A stretch of 64,000 nucleotides of DNA, taken from the NCBI GenBank assembly GCA_964016885.1, contig OZ024742.1:243970001-244034000 (forward strand), given 5' to 3'. Shown piece after piece: positions 1-14,099 of this stretch; position 1 is the first letter of the stretch; each line of letters opens with the position of its first letter. This stretch comes from Eledone cirrhosa (lineage: Eukaryota). The position numbers were made by a program, and so were the translations under genes. The notes below the pieces were generated by a model that made no database searches, was not told the origin of the DNA, and saw only the letters and a program-made list of their open reading frames with translations.

Positions 1-1030
1 AATAAGTAAAAAGGAATAAAAGAGTTGACATTTAATGGAAGAAAGAAAAACCTTTAGTAATATTGGCATAGTTAATTGGATTATATGGAAAGTGAAAAGA
101 AGAAAATATAAATATTATTATTTGGGTTCATTGAAAATTATTAAATGATCTTTAGACAAAATGTTAGATGTTGGAAAAGGATGAGTAGTGAATATTGTTA
201 GAAAAAATACTTAGTAGAAGTATTTAACTCTTAATATCTAGTACTACATGAAGACGACATAAGCAAAACATTCTTGAAAAGTACAAAACAACACTATAAC
301 TGCCACACATAAATTAACGCCTTTACCCTACCTAATACTGAACATTTTCACTAGCAAAGATACTCTAAGCATTTGGATTAACAAACCTGTTTTTAGATAT
401 TTTCGACATTTGTACATTATTCTATGCACCTTTGATGAGTTGTAATGCACCTGAGCTCTGTACACAATAATTTTCATTATATATTATATTTTTATCATAA
501 CTGAGTATTGAGAGTTAAAGAGTTGTGTTTCTAAACTGGTTGTTTATTTATCAAGCCTGAAAAAGTGAAAAGGAAAGTTGACCTCTGCAGTATTTGAACA
601 CAGAATACAGAGAATCAGAACAAATACTGCTATGTTGATTTTTACATGCAAGCATAGAAAATGGACATAAACTGTGATGATGCAGGATTATCTATTGATA
701 TTCAGATGTTCTTTACAGAATTTTTGATAATATAATATACCTGCATTTTTTTTCAATTTGTTTCCTTCTTTTGTGTAGTCGGATCAGTAGCTTTCATCTA
801 CTAAAAGTTAAATCAAAATGTTAAGTAGTTAAATCTCTAGCAAGTAGCAATTCTGCTACTGTTTTTAGATAATAAAGTTTAGAATCAGTTCCTGTATTAA
901 CTCTCCTTTTGTTAGCATATTTCTAATGAATATATAGCACAGGTTTCAATTAATTTTTTTTTTAATGAAAAATTTGAAAGAATTTAGTTAACATAGCTTA
1001 ACTTTACTGTTATTTAGATTATTACTTAAT

Positions 1031-1262
1031 GGAGACAAGATTTGCTGGACATTGGTGGAAAGCAAAGGATCAGATCATCAGCGATGTTCTTTGGGAACAC
1101 GGGTATGGAAGGGTTGGTCGACCACACTGACCTACATAAAGTAACCGTGCGAGAATTCTGAGCGCACCTGAGAAGATCTACTGCAAGCATTGGCAGACTG
1201 AACAAACTGGAGAGAATGAGTCATGGTGATCCTTGCAATAAGCATGCCCAGATGATGATGAC
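1031..1262 (+). mobile_element. RTE 3' terminal fragment
   Basis: RFAGH...KDQIISDVL...GRVGRP followed by a gatgatgatg tail. Confidence 0.7.
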
Positions 1263-1921
1263 TTAATGGAAGATTCTAACATAAAATTTATGGTGGGATG
1301 TTTAATTTAGATTATAAACGAGAACTTTAAAAAACTTTTAACTACAGCCCATGTAGTTTCTAAAAATGTAGGGTACTATTTTTTTTTTTTTTGTCTAATT
1401 ATAAATGTTTATACTTTTGGCACAAGGCCAGCAATTACCCCAGTGCATTACTGGTGCTTTATTTTATCGACCCCATAAGGATGAAAGGCAAAGTTAACCA
1501 TGGTGTCTGATGCTCTACCGATACTACCATCCACCGCCCTTCAGAAAATTATAATGAACCCAAAACTTATACCACCAAAATTTGATAAGTAAAAATTTTG
1601 GCATGACTTCTATTTTTATAGATTACGTTTGAAAGTAATTTCTTTGACCCAAAGCTTTTTTTATTAGCCATACTATATCTGTTGCTATCAACAGTGCTTT
1701 TAACAATCCCTTGTCAAGTCAGCTACCCTCCAAGGCTCCTTCATCTTTACAGATGACACAACTACTTACCTCATACATTCCTATATCACTCAACAATCCT
1801 TTATTTTTCCATGTCTTTAAATCCAAATTCTTGTCTATTAATATGACTAAAAGCAATAATTCTCCTGAAACATCCACTTCTATCATTTCACTTTCCCTTC
1901 CACTAGCTGTAATATAATAGT

Positions 1922-2100
1922 TGTTTCTACTTTTGGAACAAGGCCAGCAATTATCCCACTGCATTACTGGTGTTTTATTTTATCGACCCCGCAGGGATGA
2001 AAGGCAAAGTTAACCATGGCGAGATTTGAATTCAGACTTTAAAGGGCCGTGATTCTATGTGGCAAAGCATAGTGTTTGATACTCTACTGATACTGACAAC
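1922..2100 (-). mobile_element. tRNA-derived SINE. Further partial or degenerate copies at about 1416-1545, 10070-10200, 11655-11735, 11810-11990, 19620-19760, 19820-19990, 30480-30625, 40075-40290, 44140-44320, 50825-51020 and 63895-64000
   Basis: Shared ttttatcgaccccgcagggatgaaaggcaaagttaacc...gatttgaa core. Confidence 0.8.
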
Positions 2101-3939
2101 ACTAATATGAAAGTGTTATTTATTTCAAATAAATACTGCATCACCTCTCAGAATTTCTAACTTAAAAAGATCCATATAATTATCATATAAGGCTTTCCCA
2201 TGTCCAACATTTATTTTCTGGAAGCCTTTTGTTCAAACCAAGCCAAAGAAACTTGGCTTCTCTATTACAGCAAAAAATATTTCAGTTCTGAATAGCTCTT
2301 GAATTTTTACAAAGGCTTCATCAGAGAATTGACTTTTCATAACTAAGATGATTCTCCTTCTTTAGTCGACATTGTCTTAAACTAGAGACTGAAGAAAGTC
2401 ATTCACTTGATTGATAAATCTTCCCTGAATGAAATGTTTGAATATGCTGTGTACCTTTGCATCTTCTGTCTTTGTTAAAATACCTTCTCTCATTTAAAAT
2501 GTGATAGCTCTCTCTCTCTCACACATCCATTGAATCCTATATCTTGTCTCTTTATACCCCCCCCCCCCCAAAAAAAAACCCACATACACACACACACCAA
2601 ATATTAATTTTAAGGATCACTACCCATGGAAACTGTTTTAATGTTATCCAACAATACCATTAATCTAATAACTACTGCATTTATTTTACACTCTCTTCTG
2701 TTCTCAAAGGTTATGACATTCTTTTAATCCTCTGGCAAGATTATATTTTAAAAAAAGAATGACAAATTGGCATGGCTTATCAAATTGCCTACAGATTACT
2801 ACTTCATTATAGTGTATTTCAAATGCTCATTTCATTGCAGTTCTTACATTTTGTTATCTACTTATTACTTAAAAACAAGAAAAATAAAACAAACCCTTTT
2901 TTTCTTTTCGGTAGTTGTATTAAATATGAAACAAAATGAAGCATCTAACTTCAAAGGGAAAATTACATCACAAAATCTTGGTTTGGTAGTGAAGGCCAGA
3001 ATCATGTAATTAGATTCTGAAGTATTATTAAAATTAGTTTTGGGTTTTGTGTTTGCTTGTTCATATTTTGCACATATTACACCTATCAGACTGTTTTAAG
3101 ATTTCTATCACATTTGCTACAATTGTGCTACCTGAAGACTGTTTTCTTGTGCTGTTTGAAGGGAAGTAAATATTTCTTGTCAAACTCAAGCTCAGTAGCA
3201 AATTGGAATATACTGGCTACTAGATGTCTTGCTAGTCACTTTATTTAGCATAACATCATATACTTTGGTTACAACAAAGTAAATAATGGAATTCAAGTAA
3301 TTGCATTTAGATGTCTTATAGAAAATATAATGCTAGACAGAGGTGGAAGGAAGTCAGAGAAAGTAAATAAAAAAAATAAAAAAATAATGTCACTCCTCCA
3401 CCCATGAAAAACACCCTATGAAAAAAAAAAAAAAAAAAAGAAGGAGCAAGTTTTATCAAATTATTGCCAATACCAATAATTTGTTACCTTAGATTTTTAG
3501 ACATTTTCTTCTATCAGCAAATAAATAAACAAAAACAAATGGTGCAATAAAGAAAATTGATATTGGAATAAACAGAAATAGAAATTTCTATTTCTTTAAT
3601 ACTATTCTGTATGCTATTAAAGCGATTGTTTCTATTTAAAAAAAAAAAGAATAAAAAAAGATCCTCTGTTGAAAAAACTATGTATGTAATCCAACCAAAT
3701 TATTTACAATTATTTTGTTTTTCTCCCCTTGGCATGTAATATGCAGCCATATTAGTTAAACCTGTGATCATAAAGCTGAAACACATTTACATTTTTCATC
3801 ACATATTTATTATTTATAGTTTATATCTAGTATTTACTAATCAAGGTAAACTGTTTCGACACATGTTTATATGCTGTGAAACACACACATATACATGATC
3901 TTACAATTTATTATTTTTTTTATTGGGAAATAAGACTGG

Positions 3940-4210
3940 CTTGATGGATGAGTGCAGTGTTGCTCAGAAAGTGGAGGATAAACAATGAAGTGCAGAGGAT
4001 GATGGGAATAAAGTCAGTGATGAATGTTGTGAAGAGAAATGGAATGAGATGGCTGGGCCATGTGTTGAGAAAGGATGAAAGTGACTGGGTGGTGGAAATG
4101 GATGTGGAAGGAAGTAGAGGAGGGGAATATCAAGAAAGGCATGCTTAAATATGGTGGAGGAAGAAATGAAAGTTGGTGGTGGTGGAGGTTACAGAGGATA
4201 GGACAAAATA
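3940..4210 (+). mobile_element. RTE 3' fragment
   Basis: NNEVQRMMGI...MRWLGHVLRKDESDWVVEMDVEGSRG. Confidence 0.75.
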
Positions 4211-4759
4211 AAGAAGCTTTTGTTGTGGTCTGCAAGTCTAACTTCTGTTTCAAAAAGGGAAATGGCCAGAAAATGTTTGTTGTAGTTGTTGGAAAATAGT
4301 TATGTTTTGGTCTATGAGATTTGTAATACTGACAAAGCTGCCTCATTTCTGTTCACTTAGAAATCTTTCTTATAGATCAGGACAACAGAATACCCTTTAA
4401 TGATAATTCTATGAATTCAGAAATACATTATTTAGGTTTCCGTTTTTCCCTTGGATTTTTCTATCAAAGATTGTCAACCTCTGTCACCTCAAACCACATG
4501 CTGTCTTAGACTGATGGCGTCAATCTGCATTCTTCTCTCATTTTCCATACATAGGCACCATGCCACATGCACACAATGGCAATACCTTTGAAACAACATA
4601 CAATAGTAACTAAAAAAGAATGATACTACACATTCATGTTAAGAAAAATCACATCACTAGCACATCATCCATAGACAAAATACCTGAAATCATCACAATT
4701 GCTTTGTCTAACAATCTCTAAAGATCTACCATATCTGTACAAAATTACTTAAGTATTGA

Positions 4760-5080
4760 CTACCCACCCAACTTTATAATGGATATATAACCATAATAAA
4801 ATATCCACCCAACTTTATAATACACATATACCCATAATAAAATACCCACCCAACATCAAAATACACATGTATTCTTGTTAGAATATCCACCCAATTTTTA
4901 AAATGGACATATAACAATGATAAAATACCCACCCAATTATAATACACATATACCTATAATATAAAAACTACCCAACATTATAATAGAGATATACCCATAA
5001 TAGAATACTCACCCATCAACATAATGGACATATACCCTTGATAGAATACACACCCAACATTATAATACACATATATATCC
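4760..5080. repeat. Degenerate minisatellite of about 40 bp (TACCCACCCAACTTTATAATACACATATACCCATAATAAAA)
   Basis: The cacccaac core recurs about 8 times. Confidence 0.85.
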
Positions 5081-5398
5081 ACAATTTTACTGGTGGTTAA
5101 ACAACATCATAGGAGCTTATCTACCAAAAACAGAAATGGTCTGCTTAATTGACAAATCTGCTCACACATCTTCCACTATTAACATGTTTCTTGTCACATT
5201 ACATATTCTACCAGTCCTACTTTTGCTGAACTCCCACATATATTCACCACATGAAAAATTATTTCATCTTGTCTATGTCCCTCCCCCTTCCCCCCTCAAC
5301 TTCAATAATTCAAATTTAACTTTGCCTAGCGATCTCTCCAGTGCATGTTAGCCTACCTACTAAAAGGGGCAAGATATGCTCTTCTTTCAGGCTCATTA

Positions 5399-5614
<216 letters not shown>

Positions 5615-5617
<3 letters not shown>

Positions 5618-5799
5618 AATTCCACTATAACGAAATTCACGGGGTTTAAAAAAGATTTATTGTAATGAAAAATTCTTTATAATGAGATCGACTGAAACAA
5701 ATCGAGCGTTGGTTTGTTATTACCTTGAGAATGTAAAAAAATTTTGTAATACTGAAAAATTTGTTATAATGGTATTCGCTATAACAGAATTTTAACTGT
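5615..5799. mobile_element. DNA-transposon (pogo/Tigger-like MITE) remnant
   Basis: Inverted ends aaattccactataacgaa / ttcgctataacagaatttt, with internal repeats of ttgttataat. Confidence 0.5.
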
Positions 5800-5802
5800 T
5801 CT

Positions 5803-5874
<72 letters not shown>

Positions 5875-6666
5875 GAGAGAATGAATGACTAGTACTGGTA
5901 TCTCTTCCGGATAGTTTGTAGAATTAATTCTCTTTGGTTTATTTCCCCCTTTTAGTTGTGATTATTTGAAATATGAAATTAGCAAATAAGCCAATCTCCT
6001 TTTTTTAACATGAAACATTGATGATATTAATTATAAAGTAACAAACTAGTTCATCAACTTACAGCATAGACTCTTTTCTATTTTATGAAGTGGTAGTATT
6101 TTTTCCATTAACTTGTTTAAATGAAATATTTCCCTTTAATTTGAAATACTTTTGATTCATGTTTTATTGCCTGGTTTTCTCATATTTTTCCTTCTATTGT
6201 CGGTAGTGGTTGTGGTGGGGATATTTTCCCATTACTTTGCATGCCCTAATAAGCAAAGTTTCATTTTTAAATGTCATTTTACCGTCATTCCTGAAATTGG
6301 AAAGATATCCCTGATAAATCCATAGATATTTTAGATTCCATTGAAAAAATAAATGAAGGCAAAGTAGCAGTTGATGGTGGTGGAGTATCTGATGTAATAC
6401 CTTATGGTGTTTGTTCTCATTGTTGCCTACATGGGTGGTAGGCTTAATTTGCCACACGGTTTCACATTACCTCCTTGTTCTTGGGTGTCTTTAGTGGAGT
6501 ACACTCTGTTGCAAGCATTTGGGTCAAGTTTTTGATCTAAGGATACTGTCCTGAATAGGATCATGGGCTCTTCCCATCCTGACTAAACAGGAAAGAAAAT
6601 AGAACTTGATGATTTTTTGTTCAGTTAACAAGAAATAAACTAGACACTATGGCTCATACCTGATTG

Positions 6667-6758
<92 letters not shown>

Positions 6759-7192
6759 TTCTAATTCAAAAACAAATTGAAAGAAAATACACATATAGGA
6801 ATGAATATCAGGCCCTACAATCAACTCCCACTCAGGCACTTGTACTTGATCTGAAAGAACCTAGACGTTGATGTGGAGACATATAAGGCATGCCACAATC
6901 GTTGTGAGAGCTTTACAAGGAGTGGATTCATGTGATTTTCTGGTTACATCCAAATTTTCTCTGCACGTGTGCTGTCATAGATACAGCAGCTACCATAAGC
7001 ATAGTAAACCCACCACCAATACATCATTTTCAAATAATACAAAGACAAAAACCAAATAAAATGTCTGAATACAAAAATACTCAGCTATTAAAAATGACAT
7101 ATAAAATTGACATCAAACAACCAAACAATCAATCAACACGTACACACGCACGCACACACACACACGGTTGACTAAAACTTGAATTAGATGAT

Positions 7193-7499
7193 TGATTTCT
7201 AAGCTACACACTCTATTGAGTAACGTTACTCCAAAGACCCTTCAGGTAGAGCCGCTACTTCTCTGAATTGAGTGATCACAGCTCCAATACTATGGGCAAA
7301 ATCAACTAGCAGGAGACCCAGTGGTAGACCCCAAGTATGATCGTTGGATAACATCCATGAGATTGGCTGGTCTCCCTTGGGTATCCAGCTGGATCAGTTG
7401 GAGATGATTGCTTCTGAGAGGACTCGCTAGAAGGAGTGTTTGAGGACTCTGCCCCTCACAACCCTCTCAGGAATAAGTGGATGCAGAAGAAGAAGAAGG
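7193..7499 (+). mobile_element. Short Expander-like RTE copy with an inverted 5' segment
   Basis: 7193-7241 is antisense and 7242-7499 sense relative to the 14.1-14.7 kb copy; ends in (GAA)n. Confidence 0.8.
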
Positions 7500-7594
7500 A
7501 CAATTGAAACTGAGTTTACAAGACAATAAATTTCATATTGACTTCGATTTGTAAAGTATATTTTACAACTTTCACTAATTCAGTTGCAGCTTAA

Positions 7595-7810
7595 CGACTA
7601 CTTTGGGTCTCCTGCTGGTTGGTTTTGCCCATAGAATCAGTCCAGCAACTCTTTCGTGAGACATTCTAACCACATGTCCATAATATCAGAGCTGTTATCT
7701 CTCAATTCGTAGAAGTAGTGGCTCTACCTGGAGCTACTCTCCAATCTACGAGCTATGCACTTTATGAAGTAACATTACTCCAAAGACCCTTAGGAGAAAC
7801 CCCATTTTGT
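7595..7810 (-). mobile_element. Expander-like RTE fragment
   Basis: Colinear with 14290-14500; 7604-7633 is an inverted match (28/30) to 7291-7320. Confidence 0.75.
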
Positions 7811-8241
7811 CTTTTCCAAATTATCTTGATTATTTAATAGTAGGTATTGATTTCTTTTCTATCTTTACTTGTTTTGACAGGCCTATTAAAAATTCTCAGA
7901 ATAATGTTTCTTGTCATTATAACACTTAAACCTAGTTCTATCACTAACTCCTACTTATACTATATAATAACTGATGTAACAGTACTAAATCTACTTACTG
8001 TATGCTCTATAAATAACTATCTAAATTAAGCTATAAATGTATTACATAAGGAGAAACTCTTTCTGTTCATAGTTCATTTAACTTTATGGCAGCATCGGCT
8101 CTGGGGTAAGAAACCATTATGAGGAAATAAGATTATCATTGCTCTATAGAATCAGTATTATAAGCTGCTTATTATCTAGTATCTTGTGCACAGAACTCTG
8201 GTAAATAGCTAAATATCTAATATCTTATAACAACAACAACA

Positions 8242-8323
<82 letters not shown>

Positions 8324-9514
8324 CATTGACAGTGGGAATTTCATTTAGAAAATATTTACCTGCTTCTTTCACACCAACCAGTCAGTTATTTTGCTTTTTA
8401 CACTTTCAACAAAATTGCCCTACTTTACTATAAGGCTGTATGCACAAATTCCACAATTGTTCATAATTTCATATTGATATGTAACAAATGAAGTGCATTG
8501 ATATAATAATGTGGGTGGTGGATTGCCAATCATTGAGTTAGAGATTTTTCTGCAAGTTCTTCCTGTTTCATGGAATTTCATTGTTCTTAGAGTCTCCATT
8601 GTTCTTTTACATTCTCTATCTTTGTGTATTACAAATCTCCTCTAAGCAAAATGTCACCTCTACTATATCCATATATACAGAAGCTATCCATTTGCTAGGC
8701 TTCTACATATTACTTCATATATGCATTATCAGAAATAAATGACTCATGATTGTGTATGTGTGTGTGTTCACGTGCGTATTTAAATTTGAACCTGCAGCAA
8801 TCCAAGATGGTTTTCAATAGACTAGGTATCCCTTGTGTACTTCATTCTCGCAGCATACTTTAAGGCTCTTATGATACTGAAGAACATATAATTTGGATGA
8901 ACAATACATTTGGTCAGCGGATGTGTGTGTGCGTTTTGTGAGTGTGTATTGGTAATGTTGAAATAAAATCTCTTTGGATAACAGACAGTATTTTGTCGTG
9001 TGAAGGACTTCTTAAAAAAGTCTACTGATGCTATAAGTCAGTAAAAAATATACAACACTTATCTGAAATATTGATTGATATATAAAATATCACTGTCTGA
9101 AATATTAATAACACTAAAAAATAGGAATGCTGTTCCACGTTTCAATAGAATATGTGAACGCTAATATATCAGTTCCTGGCATATTGAGCAAATACATATT
9201 TCTAGCAGTAATGCAGCGTCAAGCAGGGTCATGTTTATGTTGTCTTCACGATACAAAAACAAAGAGGAAATGTAATGGATTTTGCTTTAACTTAGATTTA
9301 TCTGGAAAAAAGAAAAAACAGACAGCTATGAGAGAAGCTGGAATATCAAAAAAACCCCACTTCCATCTCTTTGTGTGTAAAAGAGCGATACAAAAGAATT
9401 CAAATGATTGAATTTGAAAACAAAAATAATATTTAAATTGAACTGAGAAAAGGCAAGTATTGTTATTGATATTGCTGAAATAAAACATCTCTGAATAACA
9501 GAATAACATAGAAT

Positions 9515-10012
9515 TTTATCATGTAGACCACAATTCCAATGAAAGACTGCCTATAATTTTATCCTGTTATGTAGATCACATTTCCGATGAAAGACACATC
9601 CTATAATTTTGTGAAAGACACTACCTATAATTTTATTATGCAGACCACATTTCCAATGAAAGACTGCATGTCATGTCAACTTCATTTCCAACGAAAGACT
9701 GCATGTCATGTCAACCTCATTTCCAACGAAAGACTGCCTATGATTTTATCTTGTAGACCACATTTCCAACGAAAGACACTGCCTATAATTTTATCATGTC
9801 AACTAGACCACATTTCCAATGAAAGCCACTGTCTTTGATATTATCATGCAGACCACATTTCCAACAAAAGACTATCTATGATTTTATCTTGTAGGCCACA
9901 TTTCCAACAAAAGACTATCTATGATTTTATCTTGTAGGCCACATTTCCAGTGAAAGCCTATGATTGTGTCATGTAGACAGCATTTCCAACAAAAGACACT
10001 GCCTATGATTTT
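9515..10012. repeat. Degenerate minisatellite of about 30-45 bp (ATGTAGACCACATTTCCAACGAAAGACTGCCTATGATTTTATC)
   Basis: The catttccaa.gaaagac core recurs about 11 times. Confidence 0.88.
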
Positions 10013-10693
10013 TAAATACTTTTGAAAATAATCAAGAAAATATAGAAATTTAGTAAATAAACTTTTTCAATATTATGTTCTGGGATCAAATCCTTTTGGG
10101 GTCAATTTTGCTGCAGTTGATAAAATAAGTACCATTCAAATACTGGGGTTGATTTAATCAACTATAGTTCCTCTCTCCTTGACCAAATGTCAAGATTAGA
10201 AAATATCTTATTATTTTTTATAATGATATAGTTAGTATCTTTTAAAAAAATCCGTCTAGTGTTGCCTCTTAAGGGATGGTACTGCATCAGTCATTGAAGA
10301 TTGACTCGACAGTAAAGTAGATTGTAAATATAAGACAGATAGTGCTAAATATCTATTAAATTTTGGAGGGAGAGGGGGGGGGGGAACCCTAAAGATCTCA
10401 ATTGATTAACTCCATTGATTTTATGAAATCAATTAACTAAATGTTTGCAATTAGAATTTTTATTTAGTATATTGTGAAATGGATGTTCAAGTTTAATTGT
10501 GATTGTGTTCTAGGATTTTATTGCCAGTTTTTAGAATAGGTACAGCATATCACTGTATATGTTGTAAGAAGCAACTAAAGGGGTTAGCATCAGTAAAGGC
10601 ATATGACTCAAAACATCCTGTCCAACCTATGCCAGCAGGGAAAGGTGGACATACAAACTATGAGGATTATTATCATTATTATTATTATTATTG

Positions 10694-11085
10694 ACAGTAT
10701 TGGTAGAGCGTTGGACAGTAAGCTTTGTGGCATAGAGTTACAACCCTTTACATTCTGTGTTCAAATCCCTCCAAGGTTAGCTTTGCATTTCATCCTTACA
10801 GAGTTGATAAGTACCAGTAATGCACTGGGGTCGATTTAAATCCCCCCCCCCCCCCCACACACACACGGTGGCCTTGTGCCCCAGTCAGAAACCATTATTA
10901 TTATTATTGGCAGCATTGGTAGTGTTGAACAATATTATTTGCAGCATAGAGTTATGTCCCTTAATGTTCTGAGTTCAAATCCCGTCAAGCTTAGCTTTGC
11001 TTTTCAATCCTTATGGAGTTGATTTAATCGACTTTCTCTTCTGAAATTGTTGGCCTTGTGCTTAAATCAGAAGCCATTATTATTC
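10694..11085 (+). mobile_element. Two tandem tRNA-derived SINEs
   Basis: tgacagtattggtagagcg...gttcaaatccc...ataagtaccag, and tggcagcattggtag...gagttcaaatcccg...ggccttgtgc. Confidence 0.8.
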
Positions 11086-12007
11086 CCTGCCATTCTGGAT
11101 AAAGCTTTTAACCGGCAGAATAGGGCACACTATAACTGAATACTTGGTGCCTAGGAAATGGTGGCAGGTATACATTTTGGCAACCATTGACCTAGACTAT
11201 ATATTGCTCTTGGCATTGTTAGTGTTTTGATATAATAAAAAGACTCATTTCAATTGCATGCTAAGCTAGTCTTGTAGAGGTTATTTTGTTATTCCAGATT
11301 ATCTAGTTGTAGCGACTTTTCTCTTCTATTTTATTTTTTCCCACTGAAATGGAGTTCCTATGGACACACACATAAACACACATATGCTATGATCTTTAAG
11401 AAAAGAGTATCTCATAATAGGTGGGCTGGACTAGAGTTGTAAATCAGATCTTGAGGTTTAACATAACTGTGTTAAAGCGGAGTAGGGTACATAGTATATG
11501 GGAGGGGGTTAAAGGTCACCAACAAGTCTTTTGGCAAATAAATAAATTTATCTATACCTATTTCTTCTCCCTCTCTCTTAAGAAAAAGAAATGCTGTAAG
11601 GCTATCTGTCTATAGAAAAAAAATGGGGTGGTGGTGATTTTATAAAACTTATTTACACTTTTGGCACAAGGCCAGCAATTTTCAGTGCATTACTGGTACT
11701 TTATTTTATCGACCCCGTAAAGATGAAAGGCAAAATCTTATTTACATAATGCCACTAAAATAACACTTGCATTTAATAATAATAATAATAACAACAACAA
11801 TATTGTTGGAAGTAGGGAACAGTTGATTATATCAGTGTCAGTACTTGGCGGGTACTTATTTTATTAACCCTGGAAGGTTGAAAAGCACAGTCGACCTCAG
11901 TGAAATTTGCTCTCAGAACATACCCAAATAATAGAGAACATATTGTCTGTTCACTGTTTTACCGGTTCTAACAATCTATCACCCATTGTAATAATATTGA
12001 TAATAAT

Positions 12008-12430
12008 GGTTTCTGATTTGGGCACAAGGTCAGCAATTTTGGGGAGAGGAAAGTCGATTAAATTGGACCCCAGTGTGTGACTGGTACTTTATTTTATTGA
12101 CCCTGTAAGGATGAAAGGCTAAGCTAACCTATACAGGATTTGAACTCGAAACATAAAGGGCTGTAACTCTATGCCACCAAGCAGGTCTTCCGACGTTACA
12201 CTGATACTGCCAATCCACTGCCTTATATTGATAATAATTATTTCTACTTTTGGCACAAGGCCAGCAATTATTCTAGTGTATTACTGGTACTTTATTTTAT
12301 CGACCCCGTAAGGATGAAAGGCAAAGGTAACCTCAGCGGGATTTGAACTCAGAACATAAAGGGCCATAACTCTTTGCTGTAAAACATGGCGTCCGACCTT
12401 CTACCGAAACTGCCAATCCACCGCCGTTTC
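12008..12430 (-). mobile_element. Two tandem tRNA-derived SINEs (12008-12224 and 12239-12430)
   Basis: Both contain the reverse complement of the B-box and central domain; they are separated and flanked by ATATTGATAATAAT. Confidence 0.88.
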
Positions 12431-12686
12431 TATATTGATAATAATAATTAGTTATAAGGTCATTTCATTTACCATTGTATAAACTATAATAAAGTGTTTC
12501 AGTTTGTTTGAGATGAGTTAATTACTGCTATCTTCTCACAATTACTAATTTTATAGTTTATATTGCCATTACCTTTACAGGAAAGATTAAAATGTTTACT
12601 TTGAAAAATTATCTTCTGCTTGTAATTGAATAACACCATGAATAAATATTACATTTAGTGTTTTATTGCTCTGATCTAGTTTAGTT

Positions 12687-13085
12687 CAGTGGTTCTCAAT
12701 CCTTACACCAAATGTTGCTTTGCAAATGCCATCTTTGCAAAACTCTTACTTTAATTTTCATAAATAATTTTCATTCAAAAATTTCTATTTACTGATTTTG
12801 ATCTAAAAGAACCAAGTTGTGAATATCAGACCTTGATGGATCATCACACACGTTCCTTTTCACTGATAACTCAATGTTCTGCTCAATTTCTAATCCTGGC
12901 AAATATTTTGATAATAATGTATTTAAAATATAAGTAATGTACTTGGTTTCGATATTTTATTTCTAAGAAAAGTCACGACCCTTATAAACACCTAGCACCC
13001 CCTGTAGTGCTCTATAAGTATTTACCAACCCTTGTAAGCTAACATAACCTGCAAGGGGTTTCTACTGCCCATGTTGAGAGCTATT
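12687..13085. mobile_element. hAT-like non-autonomous element remnant
   Basis: Starts CAGTGGTTCTCAA and ends gttgagagct, a degraded inverse. Confidence 0.45.
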
Positions 13086-13144
13086 ATATCTATCACAAGC
13101 CACAGATTTAACTTTTAGGAGCAGTGTTAAATATTACAAATATT

Positions 13145-13401
13145 TTAATCCTTTTGATATCAAACCACCTGAAACAACCTGTAGCTAGTTCTACAATACA
13201 AAACTGTTTGTTTTAAAGTGTTTATATTTATCTTTAAAAAAAAAAAACCTTTATAATTCTATGTAAGAGCCTTTGTTAAGTTATTTTTCAAAAACCTGTT
13301 AGATAATGAGCAAGTTTTACTAAATCCCTCATTATTTTCTAAATTAGTTGAAAAACCATTGGCAATGTCTTTCATTAGCGATATGACACAAAAAGGGTTA
13401 A
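13145..13401. mobile_element. piggyBac-type MITE family B (older)
   Basis: TTAAtCCTTTTGATA...AAAAGGGTTAA; related copies at about 18825-19036 and 63113-63374. Confidence 0.65.
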
Positions 13402-13589
13402 AAGTATTATTTTAGAAACCAAACAGCCATATTATTATCCTATTTTCTATTTTTATAGCTTTATAAATAAATAACATAAAAAGAATATTTTTCCCGTTAA
13501 AGCTAGAGAGCTATTTATTATCTATCGTTATTATTATAATTAAAATTGGTCAGCTTCATACAAATATGTTCTTATCTATCTTTCTCTCC

Positions 13590-13669
<80 letters not shown>

Positions 13670-14099
13670 GGTGCAAATGTTGAAAACAAATTTAGCAATT
13701 TAAATTTTTTTATAAAAACGTTATTCAAGATGTAGTGCCTTCATTTCCCCCTATCTAAGTGTTCTATAAATAATCTACATGAATAATGTGGTACACTCCC
13801 TCATGCGAACATTTGATTTTAACGCTTTCTTTTCTGAAGTAAAGGGCAACATTGATTCTACGAAAGAACGTTCAGAATGAACACTTGACACTCTTTAAAC
13901 CTTTTGATGCCAACCTGCCCAAAACTGGCTTTCCTTCTATCAAACAAAACCAGCCATTTTGAAGGGTTCCTATTTAGCTTTACATCTTGAACTTTTTGTT
14001 AAATTATATTACAAATATCATCATCATCATCATCATCGTCTCGTCATCGTCATCACCATCACCGTCATCGTCATCATCATCACCACCATCATCTCCTCC

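Noticed and set aside
395-480. Sequence shared with 40955-41050 as a possible conserved element or segmental duplication
   Set aside because: Short, diverged and ending in (ATT)-like tails; more simply the 3' ends of another LINE family.
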